Assembly (NCBI GenBank): GCA_964428015.1
Contig: CAYRWR010000014.1
Coordinates: 8,306-72,305, forward strand
Reading direction: 5' to 3'
Origin: an uncultured Brevinematales bacterium
Lineage (GTDB): Bacteria; Spirochaetota; Brevinematia; Brevinematales; CAYRWR01
DNA: 64,000 nt
The position numbers were made by a program, and so were the translations under genes. Below, piece by piece: positions 50,060 to 60,197 of this stretch. How positions within the stretch are numbered: position 1 is the first letter of the stretch; every line of letters begins with the position of its first letter. Under the pieces are notes generated by a model, which saw only the letters and a program-made list of their open reading frames with translations, had not been told where the DNA came from and did not search any database.

Positions 50060-50668
50060 CTACTTCTTTTTCTGAAGAACGCTATAGAGCATTTCCGGGT
50101 TTATATTTTTCTCTAATCCCTTTCCATGCAGAACAAATAAGGATAGTCCCTGTACGAATGACAGATATGCGGTGGCCAGGACCAGGGGATCCCCCTCCAC
50201 CGCTTCACCCTCCCTCTGGGCTTCTGCTATGACAGGAGAAAGTATCTCAAAATATTGCGATGTTTTTTTGCTAATATGCTCCATGAAGCCCGGTATGCCT
50301 TTTCCCTGGGTCATGGCCTGCAGTATGATTAAAAAGTACAGTGCCGATTCACCGGATAAAGCGTTCTGAATCAGGATTTCCGAATACAGCTTTATCCTAT
50401 TCCAGGCTGAATCAGGTATCTGCATGACCTGCTGCATCCCATATAGGGAGCTGTCCAGCGCATAATCCACCAGATGTCGGAAAATCTCTTCTTTTGCCGG
50501 GAAGTAATGATAGACCAGACCGTAACTCATGCCGGAAGCCGCCGCGATCTGCTTCATGGTTGTTCCCTGGAATCCGAATTCCGCGAATACAGATAAGGCG
50601 GCGCCGGTTATTCTGGAAATCGATTCCATCCGCATGTGATCACTCATTTCCTTATTCCGGGGTGACAT
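50060..50668 (-). CDS. TetR-family transcriptional regulator
   Basis: HTH region FGFQGTTMKQIAAASGMSYGLVYHYF. I chose the ATG at 50666-50668, which follows AGGAGG; the track uses a TTG at 50695. Confidence 0.8.
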   Translation of the reverse strand: MSPRNKEMSDHMRMESISRITGAALSVFAEFGFQGTTMKQIAAASGMSYGLVYHYFPAKEEIFRHLVDYALDSSLYGMQQVMQIPDSAWNRIKLYSEILIQNALSGESALYFLIILQAMTQGKGIPGFMEHISKKTSQYFEILSPVIAEAQREGEAVEGDPLVLATAYLSFVQGLSLFVLHGKGLEKNINPEMLYSVLQKKK

Positions 50669-50684
50669 GGACCCTCCTATTGAC

Positions 50685-50698
50685 TGATTGTTCAATCA
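50685..50698. promoter_or_regulatory. Palindrome TGATTG-TT-CAATCA, candidate TetR operator
   Basis: Perfect 6-bp arms, 7 nt upstream of the TetR gene's Shine-Dalgarno sequence. Confidence 0.35.
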
Positions 50699-50940
50699 AT
50701 TATAATATAACAGTGATTATATTACCTGTCAATTTTCCAAAACAATAATGAAAATGTAATCCAACTTACACTTTTGCCATTATATTTGTAGTCTTCCTGG
50801 AACAGTAGACACCAGTCACAAATACGAAAAATACTATTAAGTATTCCATCTGATCTGAATCTTATGTTTCAAAAACAGATTTATTACCTACCCCAACCAG
50901 TAGAACTTATTTTTTACAGACTATTCTTATGATCGCAGCT

Positions 50941-51888
50941 TTATTCACTTTTCAATCTTTGTTTTAATCTTTTTGCTATCTCTTCTATATGAGTATGGTC
51001 GGTTCCACAGCATCCACCAATTATTTTTGGCTTAAAGTTTTGATTCAAGTCGAAAATATCATTGGCTAGACTGAGACAATCGGTTGTCATTAGATCTAAA
51101 CTATGATCCAATTCCTGAGGGGGTAAATTGGAAGTGTTAGCCTGTATTCCCAGCAACCTTTTACTGACCCGTAATTTTTTGTTGAATTCAAAATTAAGAG
51201 TCTGTTTTAAAATTTCGGGGTGTACACAATTTACCATATAACATATGGGCTTCTTTACTGTTTTTCCATCAATCTGTTCAATTGCATCATGGAGTGTGGA
51301 ATTATCTATCAGTCTACCATTATTCCTAATCATGAAACTAATTATATAAGATAATTGAGTTTTTTCCATGGCTTGAGCCATTCCAATTGATTCAGATACA
51401 GAAGGCATGATCCCCGCATATAAAAAATCAACTCTGGACTTTTGGAACAAGTCTGCCTGCCAGAAATGAAATTCTAAAGACTCTTTTTCAGAAAGAATAT
51501 CCGTACCTTGGTAGGCATCACCTTTACAGCCCATCAGACCACCAATCCAAAAATCCAACTTGCTTTTTTCTCTGAGGTTTTTTAGGAAATCCACATTATC
51601 AAGTATGATATTTTCACTATAAGAGGATTTTTTAACTCTCTCATAATTAGCTCGCCTGGTCGGGGTAGTAATCATCAAAGGGAGGTCATATTTTTTAGCT
51701 ATATCTATATATTGCTGATATATACTCTCCAGGGCTTTTCTGGAATACTTGTCATAAATAAGATTTGCTAAAGCTAAATTTTCATCAATACGGATATTGA
51801 ATTCCCTTTTTAATCTCTCACCTACCGCACCCTCCATTAATACATACTTTGAGGATTTAAACATTTTTTCAAAGTTGAGTTTTCCCAT
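50941..51888 (-). CDS. Homocysteine S-methyltransferase-family protein
   Basis: The C-terminal IIGGCCGTDHTHIEEI zinc-ligand motif and overall length fit the S-methyl_trans family. Confidence 0.7.
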   Translation of the reverse strand: MGKLNFEKMFKSSKYVLMEGAVGERLKREFNIRIDENLALANLIYDKYSRKALESIYQQYIDIAKKYDLPLMITTPTRRANYERVKKSSYSENIILDNVDFLKNLREKSKLDFWIGGLMGCKGDAYQGTDILSEKESLEFHFWQADLFQKSRVDFLYAGIMPSVSESIGMAQAMEKTQLSYIISFMIRNNGRLIDNSTLHDAIEQIDGKTVKKPICYMVNCVHPEILKQTLNFEFNKKLRVSKRLLGIQANTSNLPPQELDHSLDLMTTDCLSLANDIFDLNQNFKPKIIGGCCGTDHTHIEEIAKRLKQRLKSE

Positions 51889-52180
51889 AGGTTTTCCTTT
51901 TTTATTTCATACAGATAAACATCATATTATTCCAGATATAATATTCAGGCAGTGCGAAAGTTTCTGGTACGATACAGCAAACCGATAACAAAAATCTTCC
52001 GGGATTCATCTATAAGCTACTCCGTCTCAGTTCCTGACATCTTTTTCCAGACTGACCAATAAATTGATACAAAATATAACCAGGACTTTGCTTTTTAATA
52101 AACCTTTAAAAATTCGAAACTAAACAAAGGCCTTAAAAATAAGTAAATTCCCGACTAAACAAAATATCAAATGATATATT

Positions 52181-52978
52181 TCAATATCCACCGCCATTGG
52201 AGTTGAATATCTGTCCGGTCATCCATCGACCTTCATCTGAACACAGCCAGATGACTAAGCGGGCGGCGTCATCCGGAGTACCCCACCGCTTCTGAGGGTT
52301 ATGTTCTTTCACGATATTGTAGGTGGCTTCATCGGCATAGCCTGTGTCTGTAGCTCCCGGGTTGATGGTATTGACCGTGATTCCACGGGGTATCAGATGA
52401 TCAGACAGGCTTAATGTGATCTGATGAATAGCCCCCTTACTGGCTACATAGTCCATTTCACCAGGCATAGGTTCAAGATGCTGACCTGAGGTAAACAATA
52501 TTATCCTACCCCCGGGCCGGGAGTCATCATGTCTCAGAGAGAATTCTTTGGACAGAAGTAGAGCGGCACGTAGATTAACTGCCATAGAAAAATCAATGCT
52601 CTGCGCCGTCAATTCTTCCAGGCAATTGGAACTGGAATGGGCATGATTGATCACCAGACAGTCCAGGCTGCCCCATCTTTCATATACTTTTGCTATTAAT
52701 GACGCGGGAGCAGCCGGGTCGGAAAAATCGACTTCAGCATGTTCTACCCGGGGACCAATCTGTTTTAATTCATCAATTATAGCGGAAATACCCTCCGGGT
52801 CTGCCCCCCAGGCTTGAGCAGCGTCGTGTTTAGTCCAGGATTGTATGAATACCTCCGCACCTGCTTTCAGTAGATGTTTCGCGATACTAAAACCTATGCC
52901 GATTTTCCGGCTTACCCCTGTGACCAGTGCCTTTCGTCCCTGAAGGTTGATTGTACTTTTTAGATATTGGTGTGTCAC
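52181..52978 (-). CDS. Short-chain dehydrogenase/reductase (SDR)
   Basis: ALVTGVSRKIGIG cofactor motif, a YVASKGA catalytic Y-x3-K, GTG start. Confidence 0.75.
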   Translation of the reverse strand: MTHQYLKSTINLQGRKALVTGVSRKIGIGFSIAKHLLKAGAEVFIQSWTKHDAAQAWGADPEGISAIIDELKQIGPRVEHAEVDFSDPAAPASLIAKVYERWGSLDCLVINHAHSSSNCLEELTAQSIDFSMAVNLRAALLLSKEFSLRHDDSRPGGRIILFTSGQHLEPMPGEMDYVASKGAIHQITLSLSDHLIPRGITVNTINPGATDTGYADEATYNIVKEHNPQKRWGTPDDAARLVIWLCSDEGRWMTGQIFNSNGGGY

Positions 52979-53210
52979 TATATACCCCTATAGAAAATAT
53001 CCGGCTTAACGGCTTCGAACACGAGGAATTTACAACGCTTAAGAGACCGTTGATTCCTTATGTAATGTCTGACTATTAGTATTATTGTATCATTTCTAAG
53101 GCTATTTCTATTTTTAAAACATAAGTGCGGTATAGCCCCACGCTGGACCCAGGACTGGAGAGAGGTATGCACACCCTTCCCTGGAGTCAATGACGTCCAA
53201 TGTAAATTTG

Positions 53211-53636
53211 TTATTTCCTTACTGAATCAATCTTTTCTACTGGAAGCCAGTCATCCATATTGCTATAATTACTTTTATCTATTGCAAAGGATGTTATTAC
53301 TTCCAGGTTTTTTACTTCGATCAATACCAGATACCTTTTTCCTGCCCATTTTTTAAACTGGTTCTCAGACAGATTCAGTTTATCCTGGTGCTGGTTGACC
53401 AGGTCTATCGATTCTTCTGGAGACATTTTTTCCGAATTTAAGACACTTTGTACAATGGCCCTTGCTTTTACTACACCTTCCGCGTTATTATTAATGAAAT
53501 ACAGTACGTCACCTTGATTGACTCTGCCATAGGGTAACTTTCTACCCGTGGCACCCCGAATAATCATGGTTTTACTTCCTTCAATTAACTTTTCTAATTC
53601 TTTTGCTTTAGCATCCAGATACACAACATGGTCCAT
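53211..53636 (-). CDS. ASCH-domain-like protein
   Basis: 141 aa. The start MDHVVYLDAKAKELEKLIEGSKTMIIRG follows GGAGG. A beta-barrel PUA/ASCH-like pattern (low certainty). Confidence 0.45.
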   Translation of the reverse strand: MDHVVYLDAKAKELEKLIEGSKTMIIRGATGRKLPYGRVNQGDVLYFINNNAEGVVKARAIVQSVLNSEKMSPEESIDLVNQHQDKLNLSENQFKKWAGKRYLVLIEVKNLEVITSFAIDKSNYSNMDDWLPVEKIDSVRK

Positions 53637-54092
53637 CTTTACCTCCCCTATCAGCGTGCGTCTCATATTAAGCAATATCACTCATTTCAATATAAGTGAA
53701 AAAAAATCTAATACTCAGCTTTATTGAAATACAGATGACTCACCTCTGTCTTGTACATTTTAGTTTCATTCAGCCACTCAGGCAAATTTATACTGTTTTG
53801 TCGGTTCAAATTACCAACAAAAACGGCACTAAACAAATTACTAATTCTATTCAAAAAAACAGCACTAAGTTTCCATCAGATAAAACAGGCTGAAAAAAAA
53901 AGCTGTCATCCACTGAATCACATCTGAATACGAGTTAATTCCCCACTCTAATCATGAAAAGGTCACTGCAGGATTTTTTGCAATCCATAATTCCTTCTAA
54001 TATAATAGATAGCTTATTTAGTTAACACATCTGTAACCTATTTATCTAAATAGATATCTACTAAAAAATCAATAATAATAAAGAGGCTTTTT

Positions 54093-55406
54093 ATGTTAAG
54101 AAAACTGATTGTAGTAATGAGTATGGTACTGACAACTGTACTGCATATTTCCTGTAGTGGCGTCTCAGTTATCGATGGAGAGCCATTGCCTCCAACAGGA
54201 AAGGATTTAGAGGTTGACTGGGTTGAAGTCACTACACCTTCCATTACTGCCGCACCCAATAAAGGGTACCTGGTTAATAGTGATTCACTGGTAAGTATTA
54301 CACTGCCCACAACAATCGAGGTGGGTGACATAATTGAGATTACAGGTATAGGACTGGGAGGCTGGAAGATTATTCAGTCTGATAGTCAGACTATCATTGA
54401 TCCGGAAAATCCGGATTTTATCGGTCATTACTGGGAGGCCAGAGCCACAAATAGAAACTGGTCAGCTATATCGGCCTCCTCAGACGGAAGCAAGTTAATC
54501 GCATCAGTCGACAATGGACAATTATATACTTCTACCGATGCGGGATTGTCCTGGACCCCCCGGGCTGTAAATGCTAAATGGGTGGATGTCGCGTCCTCTG
54601 CAGATGGTACAAAACTGGTCGCAATTGTACAAAACGGACAGATTTATACTTCCATAGACTCCGGCGTGACCTGGACTGCCCGAGATTCCAGCCGCAACTG
54701 GAGTAGAATTTCCTCATCGGCGGATGGTTCCACATTATTAGCATCAGTATCTACCGGTCAATTGTATGTCTCCACAAATTTTGGAGTGAATTGGACTCCC
54801 CGTGATTCCAACCGGTATTGGTACTGTGTAGATATCTCAGCGGATGGAAAGACCATGGCTGCTGGAGTGAATGAATATATGGGCGCTAATAACTATGTCT
54901 ATACTTCTACCAGCACAGGCCTCTCCTGGACCTTGCGGAATTTCTATGGTGCACTATGGAGTAACATCCGGATTTCTGCGAACGGTGCCGTGATGGTAGC
55001 TAATGCATGGTATAGCGGATCAGGAGTATATGTATCCACTGACTATGGTGTAACATGGAATATATGCCTGCCTCCTTTGATGTACCGAGGGATTGCTCTT
55101 TCCGATGACGGCAGCAGGATCTTTGTGGCTCATGATAGTCAGGCCTATTTATCCTGCGACACCGGAAAAACCTGGAGAGTCATGGATATTACCTGTGATA
55201 CATTCAGGCTTGCACATTCAGATGATCTCACCAGACTGTACTGCGCAGTTAACAGTGGGGGTAGAATCTATACTTCCATCCCCCAGACCACACCAGGATC
55301 CCAAGGATATGTAATTGGTAATCAGTTTGAATCCATCAGACTGCAATACATCGGAAACAACCGGTACCTGGTGAAATTCCACGAGGGAAAATTAGAAGTT
55401 AACTGA
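54093..55406 (+). CDS. Secreted BNR/Asp-box repeat beta-propeller protein
   Basis: Six S-x-D/N-x-G-x-(T/S)-W boxes (STDAGLSW, SIDSGVTW, STNFGVNW, STSTGLSW, STDYGVTW, SCDTGKTW) spaced about 43 aa apart. Confidence 0.7.
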   Translation: MLRKLIVVMSMVLTTVLHISCSGVSVIDGEPLPPTGKDLEVDWVEVTTPSITAAPNKGYLVNSDSLVSITLPTTIEVGDIIEITGIGLGGWKIIQSDSQTIIDPENPDFIGHYWEARATNRNWSAISASSDGSKLIASVDNGQLYTSTDAGLSWTPRAVNAKWVDVASSADGTKLVAIVQNGQIYTSIDSGVTWTARDSSRNWSRISSSADGSTLLASVSTGQLYVSTNFGVNWTPRDSNRYWYCVDISADGKTMAAGVNEYMGANNYVYTSTSTGLSWTLRNFYGALWSNIRISANGAVMVANAWYSGSGVYVSTDYGVTWNICLPPLMYRGIALSDDGSRIFVAHDSQAYLSCDTGKTWRVMDITCDTFRLAHSDDLTRLYCAVNSGGRIYTSIPQTTPGSQGYVIGNQFESIRLQYIGNNRYLVKFHEGKLEVN

Positions 55407-55509
55407 TTTCAAGTGCAAATGAAAAATATTTCAAAACTGGATTAACAGCTTTTTTATAAGCTGATCACTTCTCTCCGTTGTTGCAACATACAAAATAAGT
55501 CTCCCATTC

Positions 55510-55544
55510 ATCCCCCTGGAACTTTTTCCAGGGGGATTTTTTTG
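55510..55544 (+). terminator. Rho-independent terminator
   Basis: ATCCCCCTGGA-ACTTTT-TCCAGGGGGAT followed by a T7 run, about 100 nt after the BNR gene stop. Confidence 0.75.
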
Positions 55545-55632
55545 TGGAGTTTTTATGATTGTGAGATGGATTCTGTATATTTATTAAAAGACTGGTGTCC
55601 ATAAAAAGAATTGCTAATTTTCGTTGTTTCTA

Positions 55633-55661
55633 TTGCCTGGAAAAATTAAATATGCTATGAT
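55633..55661 (+). promoter_or_regulatory. Candidate sigma70 promoter TTGCCT-17-TATGAT with a TGn extension
   Basis: Located 19 nt upstream of the ATG at 55680, with AGGAGG in between. Confidence 0.45.
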
Positions 55662-55679
55662 GCTATTCAGGAGGTAACT

Positions 55680-55868
55680 ATGAAAAGAATTTTGACTATT
55701 ATGATAATGATGGGTCTCAGCATGGTGCTGTTTGGCGCCTGTCAGGGACCGGTTCGCCCTAATAAAAAGGTAATTGTTATCAAGAACAATTCCAAGCCAA
55801 AGAACGCCAACTACAAGAAAGGGCAAAAAAAGAAAGAAACCAAAGTAATCATCATCAAGAAAAAGTGA
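55680..55868 (+). CDS. Tiny lysine-rich lipoprotein
   Basis: Signal peptide with LFGAC lipobox. The mature 40 aa is K/I/V-rich (VIVIKNN...KVIIIKKK). A strong RBS and promoter lie upstream. Confidence 0.5.
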   Translation: MKRILTIMIMMGLSMVLFGACQGPVRPNKKVIVIKNNSKPKNANYKKGQKKKETKVIIIKKK

Positions 55869-56047
55869 ACTCCAGGATATTAAGTTAACCCTGAAACGTA
55901 CTTAATTACAGAAAAACCATCAGAGCTTGGATATGTTCAGGGTTAATTTAAACTACTTTTGTACTTCCATCAGGTATGTATGAATTATGACTTGACTAAA
56001 GCGGATTTATCTTTTTTTATAATCTAACTTTTGTATAGGAGGATTGT

Positions 56048-56620
56048 ATGAGAGATACACGGAATACTTTTCTGAAATTATTTTTTTTGGTTACCTTATT
56101 GACAGTAACTGGAGGAAGCCATACTCTGAGTGCGCAGGATGCGGCTGATGATCCCTACGAAGAATTCAATATCTCTGTACAAAAGATTATACAGGCAGCA
56201 GAAAATAATTTTGAAAATATTAAGGGTCAAAAGATTTCTGAAGACGAATACTCTACCAAATGGAAAGCTAAAATCAACCTGCCACAGGCAGAGGAAAGTT
56301 ATATCTCTAAATCATTAATAGGTCCAATCACCTACTATGGAAGATTCTGGACCGGTACCAGTTTAAAGGATGCGCAAACAAAATATAATCTGGCTAATTA
56401 TTTTATGAGTTATTGTGTCTATCAGGAAGTGGTAAGTCAGGATGAAGAGGATGTAGGTGACTTTGACAGCTATTATTATCTAAATGACCCGGACAACAAA
56501 TATTCGAAAAAACTTCACAAGCTGGTAATTCATGTCCGGATTACCAAAGGGTCAGAGCTGGATGAGAACAGGAATCTGGTTGATATGTATACTGTGGATG
56601 TGGGTTTCTATTTGAACTAA
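56048..56620 (+). CDS. Secreted hypothetical protein
   Basis: Signal peptide (...GGSHTLSAQD). 190 aa. AGGAGG lies upstream. Confidence 0.5.
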   Translation: MRDTRNTFLKLFFLVTLLTVTGGSHTLSAQDAADDPYEEFNISVQKIIQAAENNFENIKGQKISEDEYSTKWKAKINLPQAEESYISKSLIGPITYYGRFWTGTSLKDAQTKYNLANYFMSYCVYQEVVSQDEEDVGDFDSYYYLNDPDNKYSKKLHKLVIHVRITKGSELDENRNLVDMYTVDVGFYLN

Positions 56621-56732
56621 GTAACTGCCAGAAGGTCCGCAAAATGATGCTTCACTTTCATTCCTTTTTACCAGTATTAAGGTTGATTGGCGCTTAGATC
56701 TTTTTCCACCAGCAAGCCTTTCCCGTGAGTGG

Positions 56733-57713
56733 TTACCTGGTCAGTGTTCCCCAGATGATGCGAATTTGTACACGGCGGTTCTGGGCGCGGTTTTCATCCG
56801 AGTCATTGGGCACCAGGGGGTTCTTCATCCCGTATCCCTTGTAAAACACCCTTTCCGTAGGATAGCCATAGGTCACCAGTATATCGGAGACAGAGCGGGC
56901 CCGGCTTTCAGACAGGAGCAGGTTGTCTTTTTCTTTACCTTTGTCATCAGTATATCCTTCAATCAGGATATAGATGCTTTCATATTTCTGGAGGACCAGG
57001 GACACGTCTTGAAATAAAGCGTTGTTTTTTTCCTGTATCTCGGATTTGCCGCTGGCAAACAGAATATCCCCCATGTTGAGACGGATCTCGTTCTTGCCTT
57101 CCTGGGTCAGTTTTACCGGGACGTTATTAGCGGCAAAAACTCTCTCCAGTTCTTTGATGATCTCGGTCTTTTCCTGTACTTTCTTACTGCCTGCCATTCT
57201 CACCGTGACATTCAGGGAAGAAGTCAGGGAAAAGGAACTGAATACACCGTTGAAATGCCAACGGCCGGATACAGCAGGACCAAAAGTAAGATTCTGACCC
57301 AGTGATAGAGAGAATTCCAGAGAAGGGATCACAAACATACCCATATTCATGTCGCCCCGGGAGGGATTATAACGATGGTCTCCCGTAACCCCCAAAAACA
57401 CAGAGGGCACAATGTGGAATTTTTTATCCGCGAAAAGGGTATATCCTGTGACCAGGCCCAGTTCATAAGTCATGAGATTTATTCCCGTGGTAAAGAATCC
57501 GGAATTGCCCAGCCCAATACCCGCATACCATGCGGGATTTTTGATAGAGGAAAAGAATGCGGCTACACTCTGCTGAAAGGTGACCCGGGTGTAATAACCG
57601 GTGGTATCCCCCCAGAAGTCAGGCCCGGCCTGCAGCTGCATATTGGCCACTGCCCTCATTTGCGCGGGGATCAGTATTGCCAGTACTGCTATGGATAATA
57701 TGGTCTTCTTCAT
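56733..57713 (-). CDS. OmpA-family outer-membrane protein
   Basis: A signal peptide, a beta-barrel-like N-terminal half, and a C-terminal OmpA domain (GYTDDKGKEKDNLLLSESRARSV...NRAQNRRVQI). Confidence 0.8.
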   Translation of the reverse strand: MKKTILSIAVLAILIPAQMRAVANMQLQAGPDFWGDTTGYYTRVTFQQSVAAFFSSIKNPAWYAGIGLGNSGFFTTGINLMTYELGLVTGYTLFADKKFHIVPSVFLGVTGDHRYNPSRGDMNMGMFVIPSLEFSLSLGQNLTFGPAVSGRWHFNGVFSSFSLTSSLNVTVRMAGSKKVQEKTEIIKELERVFAANNVPVKLTQEGKNEIRLNMGDILFASGKSEIQEKNNALFQDVSLVLQKYESIYILIEGYTDDKGKEKDNLLLSESRARSVSDILVTYGYPTERVFYKGYGMKNPLVPNDSDENRAQNRRVQIRIIWGTLTR

Positions 57714-57743
57714 GTTTCACCTCATTTTTAATTCTGTAGTCTC

Positions 57744-59015
57744 TTACCAGTTCTTGTCGCCCAGGGTGTTGTTATAAAATATATTGCCGGTAAGGGTGGG
57801 AGCTGTACCGGAGTGGTTATAGATGCCGTAGCCGCTGTTATTGGAAAAGGCGCAGTCCTGGATAGTCGCGCTGGAGTCCCACACCTGGAGGCTGCCGTCG
57901 TTTAGGGTTCCCAGGGTACGGTCAAAGATACAATCGTATGCCGACAAAGTTGAGTTGGTGATGATTACGGCAGAAGAGTTACCATTATAGGTATAGTTTG
58001 AATAAAATGTGACATTAGACAACAGGGCTGCAGAAGAATCCTTCAAAAAAATAAGAGAGTTGGTGCTCCCAAAGTTGTAGAGGAAACGGGAATTAAGGAT
58101 CTGAACCCGGCTCTGGGAGGACCATACCAGGCTATAACGGGTTATATTGTTGTCAATAAAATCACAATCCAATATTTTGATGTCTGAATTTTGGGTAACT
58201 ACTGGACTGGTTGTGAAATTCCATATAAAGACATTACAATTAGAAAACTGGTTATTGCTGAGGTTAATATTGGTAGAAGTTTGTATATCAAAAGCGCCGT
58301 TTTGCGTATTTTGAATTTTAAAATTCCTGAAATGAACATCTCTACAATTCCCAGCAAAAAAGAATGGGGTCAACAAGTCATACATACCATCCAGGGTGGT
58401 GAAAGAGGATACCTGACTGAAATTGCTGTTCCATCCACCTATAATGTACATGTCATCCCAAACGGAAATCTGGAATGGGGGCATATTATCCACAGAAATC
58501 CCGTTGGTACTGGAATAGAATTCACCGCTGATATGGACTTCACGGTGGGGTAAGGAACTGGCCAAGGTCACTCCTGCCTGGATGGATAGCACCGGTTTAT
58601 CCCTGGTGCCGGGGTTGGACACTTCTCCCCAGTGGGCCACATAGATGATGTACTCCAGGATGGTGTCAAAGGAGACACTGGACTGGCCCCCGTCATCGGA
58701 GGTGGCAGTGATGGTGATGTGGTTATTGCCCTCCTGGAGGGTGAGCATATTAGTCCAGTAGGTGAAACTGGTGGATGAGAAGGTGGCCGTCCCATTAGGA
58801 GAAGCCACAGTGATGCTGATATTAGTGATATAGTGGTTGCTGATGATGTCAGAGGTGCCATAGACCGCCAGCTGATTGGTCTTGGTATAATAGGTCTCCC
58901 CCGCGGTGTGACTGAGGAGCTGCAGGGAGGGAGCGGTATGGTCATTCCAGAAGATATCCCGCGTGGTGGTACACCCTGACCACAGAATCAATGTCAGTAA
59001 TACAATCTTCCTCAT
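57744..59015 (-). CDS. Lipoprotein with an Ig-like N-terminal region and right-handed parallel beta-helix repeats
   Basis: LILWSGC lipobox. Repeated N-rich about 22-aa turns (FSNCNVFIWN, ILDCDFIDNN, ILNSRFLYN, IQDCAFSNNSGYGIYN) are typical of the pectin-lyase fold. Confidence 0.6.
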   Translation of the reverse strand: MRKIVLLTLILWSGCTTTRDIFWNDHTAPSLQLLSHTAGETYYTKTNQLAVYGTSDIISNHYITNISITVASPNGTATFSSTSFTYWTNMLTLQEGNNHITITATSDDGGQSSVSFDTILEYIIYVAHWGEVSNPGTRDKPVLSIQAGVTLASSLPHREVHISGEFYSSTNGISVDNMPPFQISVWDDMYIIGGWNSNFSQVSSFTTLDGMYDLLTPFFFAGNCRDVHFRNFKIQNTQNGAFDIQTSTNINLSNNQFSNCNVFIWNFTTSPVVTQNSDIKILDCDFIDNNITRYSLVWSSQSRVQILNSRFLYNFGSTNSLIFLKDSSAALLSNVTFYSNYTYNGNSSAVIITNSTLSAYDCIFDRTLGTLNDGSLQVWDSSATIQDCAFSNNSGYGIYNHSGTAPTLTGNIFYNNTLGDKNW

Positions 59016-59224
59016 AACCGCCTCCTGAGATGTCGCACATTTTACACAGGAATAGTGATTAACTCAATTTTTCTACAAATCCTTACAAATGTTTTAAATA
59101 ATCCGGTTACACTGAAATATGAACATTTATTTACTGGATAAAGAGATGCTCCACTTCTGGCTGGATGCGAATATGTCCTGGTACACAGAATATGGTATGC
59201 AGATCAGTTGCCGGGCCTCAGGAC

Positions 59225-59767
59225 TCACTGCCACTCATCATCGATATAGCTCACTATCACATAGGTCCACTGTCCCCCCAGAGGCTGGCGGTAATGCACC
59301 GTCTCTATAGCCGAATCAGGGCGGTCATAGTTCAGCACGAGGTGCCGTACGATAGTGCTCTCCACTGTATCCCTTTCCACCTCAAAGACGATAGCCCGGT
59401 CAGCCGGACGGAAAAGAACATCCACAAAAGGGACTGAGAACTGACTGGACTTGTCACTGAGGAGCCGGATATGGTGCAGGCGGTTATCAGGATCGATCTG
59501 ATCCATGTATTTCAGGAGCAGGCCGGAGTTGAGGGAATAAAACACATGCCCCTGCTCCGGAGAACCCGGCAGGGGATACAAGTCAAAGTGCCGGGCGGCA
59601 CAGGTCATGAGATAATCCGCCTGACTGAAAACCATCTCCGTGAGGCTATCCAGAGCCGGTACGTCCCGGGCTGTCCACACCGTGGGTGCCAGGGCATGCC
59701 TGCGACTGGGTATACAGGAGCCGCATAGGATGGTCAGCAGCATCATGAAAAGGATAGTTTTTTTCAT
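59225..59767 (-). CDS. Lipoprotein, unknown function
   Basis: MKKTILFMMLLTILCGSC lipobox. 180 aa. Confidence 0.55.
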   Translation of the reverse strand: MKKTILFMMLLTILCGSCIPSRRHALAPTVWTARDVPALDSLTEMVFSQADYLMTCAARHFDLYPLPGSPEQGHVFYSLNSGLLLKYMDQIDPDNRLHHIRLLSDKSSQFSVPFVDVLFRPADRAIVFEVERDTVESTIVRHLVLNYDRPDSAIETVHYRQPLGGQWTYVIVSYIDDEWQ

Positions 59768-59779
59768 CGGATCTCCTCC

Positions 59780-60181
59780 TCAGGTAGTCAGATAGGTGAT
59801 AAACAGGGGCAGGGATTTATCATTGACCTGGAAACCGCAGTGTTCGTAAAACCCGACCTCCTGCTTGTAGGCAATGACTACCTTGCGTGCGTAGGATTCA
59901 TAAAAAGTCAGCATATCGTCCACCAGGGCCCGTCCTATGCCCCGGGAGTGATACTCCGGACGGACCAGCAGGTAATGAAAATAGACTGTCATAATGCCGT
60001 CGGACAGGGCATTGATCAGCCCCACCAAACGGTCCCCGTCCCAGGCGGATACCACCCGGTGGGAATTTTTCATGGCTACCCTGAGACGGTCGGGATAGGC
60101 AGCGGAGGACCAGTTGACGGAGAGGAAGAGGGACTCCAGCTCCGATTCAGTGAAATCCTGAGTATGCTGATAGGTGATCAT
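59780..60181 (-). CDS. GNAT-family N-acetyltransferase
   Basis: LLVRPEYHSRGIGRALVDDM...GFYEHCGF. I chose the start at MITYQHT (ATG at 60179-60181). The upstream extension is low-complexity. Confidence 0.75.
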   Translation of the reverse strand: MITYQHTQDFTESELESLFLSVNWSSAAYPDRLRVAMKNSHRVVSAWDGDRLVGLINALSDGIMTVYFHYLLVRPEYHSRGIGRALVDDMLTFYESYARKVVIAYKQEVGFYEHCGFQVNDKSLPLFITYLTT

Positions 60182-60197
60182 AGCAGGCACCTCTATA

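Noticed and set aside
52979-53210. A 70-aa minus-strand ORF (52978-53190) and apparent short hairpins between the ASCH and SDR genes.
   Set aside because: The ORF has no RBS and a basic, low-complexity translation. The hairpins are short (5 bp) and no recognisable riboswitch motif was found, so there is too little support to call a feature.
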